Origin: Candidatus Helarchaeota ASGARD archaeon Hel_GB_B
Lineage (GTDB): Archaea; Asgardarchaeota; Lokiarchaeia; Helarchaeales; HEL-GB-B
Reading direction: 5' to 3'
Assembly (NCBI GenBank): GCA_005191425.1
Contig: SUPR01000006.1
Location: 31,371 to 63,370, forward strand
DNA: 32,000 bases
Shown: one piece after another, positions 28,571 to 32,000 of the stretch
Layout of the letters: the number at the start of each line of letters is the position of its first letter
How positions within the stretch are numbered: the stretch's first letter is position 1
Notes under the pieces: generated by a model
The model's database searches: none
The model's input: only the letters and a program-made list of their open reading frames with translations
Told to the model about the DNA's origin: nothing
Program-made: the position numbers and the translations under genes

Positions 28571-28699
28571 ATGGGAAATTGTTTGGATTGTAAATTTGTA
28601 GGAACAAAAAATTCGAATGGACAAGTATGGTGTGAAAAAAAGAAAATCTATGTTAATATTGATTCACAATCCTCTTGTAATGATTTTGAAAAGAAGTAA
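28571..28699 (+). CDS. 42-aa Cys4 miniprotein (not in ORF track)
   Basis: MGNCLDCKFVGTKNSNGQVWCEKKKIYVNIDSQSSCNDFEKK: CxxC-x13-C-x14-C. It has an RBS and fills the gap between two operon genes almost exactly. Confidence 0.8.
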   Translation: MGNCLDCKFVGTKNSNGQVWCEKKKIYVNIDSQSSCNDFEKK

Positions 28700-28710
28700 A
28701 TGTGATGAAA

Positions 28711-29076
28711 ATGAGTGCAAAATCTGAAAAATTAATTAAAATTTTGAAAGATTTGGAAAAGGAAAGTGTTATAGAAGGAAGTGCCATAGTTTCACCGAGA
28801 GGACAGGTTTTTGCTAGCGCATTACATTCAGATGCAGATGAAAAAGCTATTGCTGCGATGGCAGCAGCTTTAGGCTCAGTTGGTGCTAAAGTGAGTAATA
28901 CCTTAGGGGCTGGAAAACTAAATCAAATGGTATTAAATGGTACAGATAAATTAATTCTAATGCATACAATGAAAAATGCAGTATTAATTACTATGGCACC
29001 TAGCGATGCTAAAGAGGGATTACTACAATTTGAAATTGAACAAGCAATAAACAAAATAAAAATGACTCTTGGATAA
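28711..29076 (+). CDS. Roadblock/LC7 (MglB-like) protein 1
   Basis: L.KILKDL...IEGSAIVSPRGQVFASAL...AIAAMAAAL...L..GKLNQM.LNG...EGLLQFEIEQA: canonical roadblock pattern. Alternative starts at 28702 and 28705. Confidence 0.92.
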   Translation: MSAKSEKLIKILKDLEKESVIEGSAIVSPRGQVFASALHSDADEKAIAAMAAALGSVGAKVSNTLGAGKLNQMVLNGTDKLILMHTMKNAVLITMAPSDAKEGLLQFEIEQAINKIKMTLG

Positions 29077-29085
29077 ATTTACAAA

Positions 29086-29113
29086 TTTTCTTTTTATTTT
29101 TTATTTTTTATTT
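29086..29113 (+). terminator. Oligo-T tract between Roadblock 1 and the GTPase (possible archaeal terminator)
   Basis: TTTTCTTTTTATTTTTTATTTTTTATTT begins 10 nt after the stop codon. Confidence 0.35.
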
Positions 29114-29129
29114 GAGTAGGTAAAATAAA

Positions 29130-29786
29130 ATGGTTATTAAAAAAGGAAAAACTTATGATTATAAGATTTATGTATGTGGGTATTTTCAAGCAGGGAAAAC
29201 TACTTTAATTCATTCTCTGGATCCAAACGCTATGTCAATAGAAAAAAAGTTACGGGAATTATATTATGGAAAAGAATCTTCAACAACAGTTGGATTTGAT
29301 TTAGGACATCTTGTTTGGGCACGACCAAGAGAAAATACAGATGGTATTTTAATGAGTTGGTTTGAATTTGAAAAAGAACGTGATGAATATAAAGATTGGA
29401 TCTGTAAACTTATTGAATTAAAGGGTAGTCCTGGACAATTACATTTTAAAGATATGCGAAATATTGTAAGTAAAGGAAGTGATGGCATATTGTTTGTAAT
29501 TGATAGTTCAGATCCTGGATCAATAGGATATGCTTTAACATTAATTGAAGAATCTCGTTGTTTTTTAGGCAAATCTATTCCACTAGTTGTGTTAGCAAAT
29601 AAACAAGACCTAGAAATTGCTCTCCCCCCTGAAAAAGTTTCAGACCTCATAAAATTTGAAACATTCGGAGGATCAGCAAAAAATAATTTTGGAGTAAAAG
29701 AAGCTCTTATTCGATTATTAAGAATAATAGTAAAAGAAATTAAACAAGATTATCAAAACTATTTAATAAAAGAGGAGATTCAATGA
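29130..29786 (+). CDS. Small GTPase, MglA/CvnD-like
   Basis: G1 GYFQAGKT, switch I STTVGFDLG, G3 GSPGQ (no DxxG Asp, as in the MglA family), G4 NKQD, G5 SAK. Confidence 0.92.
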   Translation: MVIKKGKTYDYKIYVCGYFQAGKTTLIHSLDPNAMSIEKKLRELYYGKESSTTVGFDLGHLVWARPRENTDGILMSWFEFEKERDEYKDWICKLIELKGSPGQLHFKDMRNIVSKGSDGILFVIDSSDPGSIGYALTLIEESRCFLGKSIPLVVLANKQDLEIALPPEKVSDLIKFETFGGSAKNNFGVKEALIRLLRIIVKEIKQDYQNYLIKEEIQ

Positions 29787-30223
29787 TATCTGAAAAACCT
29801 TTACAAAAATTTTTAAATGAATTAAAAATAAATAGTGGTATTTCAAGGTCAATTCTAATAACAGAAGATGGACTTTTAATAACCAGAGATGATGAAAATA
29901 GTAATTCAAATGATCTTATGCAAAATATGGAAATTGGAGCAATTACAGCCGGCATATTATCAATGTCAGAACGATTAGTCGATCTTCTCACTAAACAAAA
30001 ATTAAATCAAATTTTAATTAAAACAGAACTTGATAGTGAAGAAAATGGGTTAACAACTATTATTACCTTGGTCTATAATAATATAATTTTGTTAGTTTTT
30101 TTTCCATCTAAATTAAATGTTGGTCTGATATTATTTGAAATAGAGGAAACTAAACAAAAAATATCTGATTATTTAAAGAATCAAAAAGGAGATTTTATAT
30201 TAAATCCAGAGAGTGTATTATAA
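29783..30223 (+). CDS. Roadblock/LC7 protein 2
   Basis: SILITEDGLLI...IGAITAGILSMSERL..LL..QKLNQILIK...LNVGLILFEI. ATGA overlap with the GTPase stop indicates translational coupling. Confidence 0.88.
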   Translation: MISEKPLQKFLNELKINSGISRSILITEDGLLITRDDENSNSNDLMQNMEIGAITAGILSMSERLVDLLTKQKLNQILIKTELDSEENGLTTIITLVYNNIILLVFFPSKLNVGLILFEIEETKQKISDYLKNQKGDFILNPESVL

Positions 30224-30224
30224 A

Positions 30225-30782
30225 ATGATGAAGAATCACAAAAAGTTTAATTCTAAATTTAATAAATACAATTCAAATGAAAATCGACATATCGCTCTAA
30301 CAAAAATATTATCAGAATTGGGTAATAAGGAAAATATATCTGCTTGCCTAATAATTGATGAGAACGGATTATTAGTATCAGAGTTTATTAATGATTCAAT
30401 AAATAAAGACATACTTACAGTATTTTCATCATCACTAAATATTAATTTGAATAAATTTAAAGGTAATCTTAATTTAGCAGACATTAATTTTTTAATGTTA
30501 AATACAAAAAATGGAATAATATTTTTGAAAGAAATTCCACTTAAAAAGCATAAAAGAAGATTTTTATTGAGTATATTTTTCAAAAAAAGCAATAATAATT
30601 TCGAAAAAAGTAATATAAAATCACTGAAAATTCATTATAGATTTTTGGAATATCTATATAAATTGTTTAGATTAGAATATATTTTCAAAGATCATTATTT
30701 TAATGGAACATATCTTAATAATAAGATATTAAAAGAAATAGAAAATGTAATTTTTAAAATTCAATTTATTTTCAATCAATAA
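30225..30782 (+). CDS. Divergent Roadblock-like protein 3 with a long insertion
   Basis: LTKILSEL...ISACLIIDENGLLVSE...L.L.DINFLMLNTKNG.IF roadblock core. ATG lies 1 nt after the Roadblock 2 stop (the track starts at GTG 30213). Confidence 0.7.
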   Translation: MMKNHKKFNSKFNKYNSNENRHIALTKILSELGNKENISACLIIDENGLLVSEFINDSINKDILTVFSSSLNINLNKFKGNLNLADINFLMLNTKNGIIFLKEIPLKKHKRRFLLSIFFKKSNNNFEKSNIKSLKIHYRFLEYLYKLFRLEYIFKDHYFNGTYLNNKILKEIENVIFKIQFIFNQ

Positions 30783-30868
30783 AGTAATTTCAAAAAGATA
30801 AGACAGGAAATGGGTCTATTAAAAGGTAATTTTAAATGGAAAGGTTTTAATATGAAAATGGAAGATGA

Positions 30869-30897
30869 AAGATAAGACCATTTTATCTTCTTTTTTT
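30869..30897 (+). terminator. Weak hairpin plus T7 tract downstream of the cluster
   Basis: AAGATAA-gaccatt-TTATCTT (7-bp AT-rich stem) followed by C and TTTTTTT. Confidence 0.3.
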
Positions 30898-31286
30898 CAA
30901 TTTAATTAATAATCCCCCTCCCTCCAACCCCTTAACTAGGTTTTATCCATCAAATTCCATTTTTTATTTTTTTATTTATTTATTAATAGAATAAAGTTAA
31001 ATGAAAACTTTTTAGAAAATTTAAACAATAAAAACAACTCATAATAAGAAATAGATTATAATATAATATATATAATTTAGTTATTCTGTATTTTTAAATC
31101 AAATAAAGGTTATTTAATTTATGAAATGCCATACATAAATTTCCATTTAAAATTTTTATAAAAAGTATTGAATTAGATTTATAAAGAATTTTGTTAATAT
31201 TTTAGATAAATCAGATTTTTAAAAATTAAATTTCCAAATTTTATAGTATTAAAAATCATATATTTAGATTTAGGACGGCGATTTAA

Positions 31287-31748
31287 ATGGTTTCTTTTGA
31301 AGATATTAAAGAGATAGGGCAAAAATGGACTAAAGAATATTGTAAAGTATTAAACGAATCTCCAGAATATGAAGAAGCAGCTAAGGGGTGGGGCATTGAT
31401 TTTGAAGGGTCAATGTTATTTATAATGCTACCAAGTGGAGAAATAAATTTTGAAATTGTAAGTTTTTTAGATTTAAAGGATGGAAAGTGTCTTGGAATAA
31501 AACTCCTTGAGCCGGGTGAAGATCCACCTCAGGAGCCAGGTATGATCTTAAAAGCACCGATGTTAATCTGGAAAAAATTGGCATTTAAAGAAATGAACCC
31601 AGTACAAGCCTTAATGAGTGGTGATTTACAGTTAGAAGGTGACATGTCGTTAGCCATGAAATATAGTCAAGCTGCTATGATGCTTGCGGATTTGACAGAA
31701 AAGACAGATAGAAGTTTATTTACAAAATTTGATCTTGGAGATGATTGA
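31287..31748 (+). CDS. SCP2 sterol/acyl-carrier domain protein
   Basis: W...Y...LN....Y...AKGW, LDLKDGKC, A....W..L.....NP..ALMSG.L.LEGDM..AMKY. Confidence 0.9.
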   Translation: MVSFEDIKEIGQKWTKEYCKVLNESPEYEEAAKGWGIDFEGSMLFIMLPSGEINFEIVSFLDLKDGKCLGIKLLEPGEDPPQEPGMILKAPMLIWKKLAFKEMNPVQALMSGDLQLEGDMSLAMKYSQAAMMLADLTEKTDRSLFTKFDLGDD

Positions 31749-31751
31749 AAA

Positions 31752-32000
31752 TTGGCTAAATATGAAGTTTTAGATTATTCAATGCCAAGACAATGTGGCC
31801 ATTATCCACCACCACCATATATTTATCCTAAAATGCGAGCAATGGTCTGTTTATTTAAAGCTCCGCTTGAATTAAAAAAGAAATTTTTACCATCAGAATT
31901 GAAAGCAATTGAATTTCCTTTTGATGCGATTTTTATTGCGGAGTATCCAGATTCTACTATAGGTCCATATAATGAAAACTTAATTTTACTATATTGTGAG
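31752..32000 (+). CDS. Acetoacetate decarboxylase-family protein, 5' part; runs off the window edge
   Basis: Manual translation from TTG 31752: MAKYEVLDYSMPRQCGHYPPPPYIYPKMRAMVCLFKAP...FLPSEL...FIAEYPDSTIGPYNE. The SMP..YP.PPY and YPDST.GPY.E motifs are ADC-like. Starts 3 nt after the SCP2 stop. Confidence 0.8.
   Translation, partial: MAKYEVLDYSMPRQCGHYPPPPYIYPKMRAMVCLFKAPLELKKKFLPSELKAIEFPFDAIFIAEYPDSTIGPYNENLILLYCE

Noticed and set aside
617-30592. Short or antisense track ORFs overlapping well-supported genes (e.g. 617-892, 1811-1999, 8216-8731, 11089-11295, 12562-12792, 13081-13275, 13377-13574, 14703-14900, 15592-15801, 16719-16901, 19025-19240, 19529-19717, 20271-20471, 20459-20659, 21972-22337, 29264-29650, 29740-29991, 30236-30592)
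   Set aside because: No motifs; they lie almost entirely within genes with clear family signatures in another frame or strand.
30810-30875. 21-codon ORF after Roadblock 3
   Set aside because: Too short, no motif or convincing RBS, and it overlaps the putative terminator.
1-32000. Mobile element, prophage or defence island
   Set aside because: No integrase, transposase, terminal repeats, viral hallmark or nuclease genes seen; composition looks uniformly AT-rich.

Overview
Very AT-rich (roughly 25% GC by eye), gene-dense archaeal chromosomal window, most likely from an Asgard archaeon (Lokiarchaeia/Helarchaeales-like). That assignment is inferred from several Roadblock proteins beside a small GTPase, a CDC48-type AAA protein, an archaeal HMGS/DUF35/thiolase triad, an IPGF-TM-KK C-terminal sorting signal and GGTGA/GAGGT-type ribosome-binding sites. 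I found no rRNA, tRNA, CRISPR array, integrase or transposase. Most genes concern acyl-CoA/lipid metabolism: two NDP-forming acyl-CoA synthetase alpha subunits, Fe-ADH, thiolase, SCP2, an acetoacetate-decarboxylase-family protein and an HdrD-like Fe-S protein. Main points of interest: (1) a six-gene + strand cluster (V4R/Bet3-like protein, an unannotated 42-aa Cys4 miniprotein, Roadblock, MglA-like GTPase with a long interswitch insertion, Roadblock, divergent Roadblock) preceded by two divergent wHTH regulators; (2) an HMG-CoA synthase homolog lacking all catalytic residues in an operon with DUF35 and an intact thiolase, resembling the PhlABC acyltransferase architecture; (3) a CDC48-like protein with only N+D1 domains and destroyed Walker B and Arg fingers; (4) a bacterial-type tgt in an archaeon; (5) a broken beta-propeller surface-protein gene with two in-frame TAGs and frameshifts. 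Three coding regions missing from the supplied ORF track were read manually with good support (partial hxlB at the left edge, the Cys4 miniprotein, partial ADC-family gene at the right edge), plus one weaker 56-aa candidate. All family assignments come from motif recognition and recalled consensus sequences; no database search was run.
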